NCBI RefSeq assembly: GCF_000023205.1
Contig: NC_012803.1
Span: forward strand, 2,100,001 to 2,132,000
DNA: 32,000 nt
From: Micrococcus luteus NCTC 2665
GTDB lineage: Bacteria > Actinomycetota > Actinomycetes > Actinomycetales > Micrococcaceae
Direction of reading: 5' to 3'
Each line of letters opens with the position of its first letter. The stretch's first letter is position 1. This document shows positions 31,440-32,000 of this stretch, piece after piece. Below the pieces are notes generated by a model, which saw only the letters and a list, made by a program, of their open reading frames with translations, ran no database searches and was not told the DNA's origin. The translations under genes and the position numbers were made by a program.

Positions 31440-32000
31440 GTCCACCTGTGCACGCGGCGGAGCACGTCGAACAGCATCCGCGCGCAGTCCTCGGCCCCGG
31501 GCGAGAGGTCCACGGCGGGGTCGAGCCACGTGCGCTCGGGGTCCTCGACCGCCTCGGCGATCGCCTCGGCCATCGCGAAGGCCGGCGACCCGTTCGGGTG
31601 CACGAGCCGCAGGGTGCCCGGGCGCAGGCGCTCCATCTCCTCCGTGTAGCGGCCGGCGGAGGCGATGGGCCGCCGCCCCACCGAGGTCCACGCCGCCGGG
31701 ACCCGGACGCGGACACGTTGCGGTGCGCCGCGAACGGGATGCCCGCCGAGAGCAGGGCCGCGTCCGCGAACTCGTCCGGCACGAACCCGGAGACGCGGAA
31801 CTCCAGGCCGCGCGCCTCGGCGTCGCGGGTCAGCTCCGCCACGAGGCCGTCATGCCCGATGCTGACGGGTCCGAGCGCCGTCAGCCGGCGCGGCGCCCCG
31901 GAGTCCGGACCCCACTGGCGGTGCAGCTCGGTGAGGGCCTCCAGGGCGAGGGCGTGCCCCTTGCCCGGGTAGACGAAGCCGAAGAGCACGAGGTCCTGGT
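31436..32000 (-). pseudogene. Glycosyltransferase family 4 (GT1-type) gene, 5'-partial at the window edge, with a frame break near 31700
   Basis: Upstream frame: ...LVLFGFVYPGKGHALALEAL...GFVPDEFADAALLSAGIPFAAHRNVSASGS. Downstream frame: AAWTSVGRRPIASAGRYTEEMERLRPGTLRLV...RRVHRWT*. The junction in ggGTCCCGGcgg would be restored to SGSLAAW by one added base. Confidence 0.6.

Overview
High-GC actinobacterial-type chromosomal window, dense with genes; most long ORFs in the six-frame track are alternate-frame or antisense shadows. I found no rRNA, tRNA or CRISPR array.

Layout from left to right:
- 1-2205: a degenerate agmatine-deiminase-family gene (5'-partial) converging on an AI-2E family transporter.
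- 2255-6425: a TPP riboswitch followed by a translationally coupled thiamine ABC importer (thiBPQ-like) and a TetR gene.
- 6632-10453: an unusual 450-aa protein with a C-terminal RNase H domain, an alanine/glycine:cation symporter, and two small ORFs.
- 10721-15552: a four-gene beta-oxidation-type operon (thiolase, acyl-CoA synthetase, acyl-CoA dehydrogenase, enoyl-CoA hydratase).
- 15620-16914: a small basic protein gene and a decayed LysM/SGNH gene.
- about 16966-23409: the most interesting part. It is a visibly lower-GC accessory island with two divergent, translationally coupled operons made only of nuclease, NTPase and DNA-binding genes. The minus operon pairs a GmrSD-like DUF262/DUF1524 enzyme with a nuclease-less HTH plus homing-endonuclease-associated-repeat protein. 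The plus operon runs NERD protein (frame-broken), MazG-like NTP pyrophosphohydrolase, GIY-YIG/DUF2075 (Schlafen-type) helicase. I read this as a defence island. I do not recognise the NERD-MazG-DUF2075 trio as a named system.
- 23526-27946: a hypothetical gene, a Cys-rich small gene with a frame break, and an intact ISL3-family IS with a perfect 8-bp target duplication just upstream of a Tat-dependent PhoD phosphatase.
- 28097-32000: part of a cell-envelope polysaccharide cluster (WcbI-like, dead-exonuclease membrane protein, GT2, frame-broken GT4).

Caveats:
- At least five apparent single-base frame breaks occur in this window, mostly in G/C-rich runs. Assembly indel error is a live alternative to true pseudogenisation.
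- All family assignments come from motif recognition by eye, not from searches.
- Coordinates of non-coding elements are good to about +/-2 nt.
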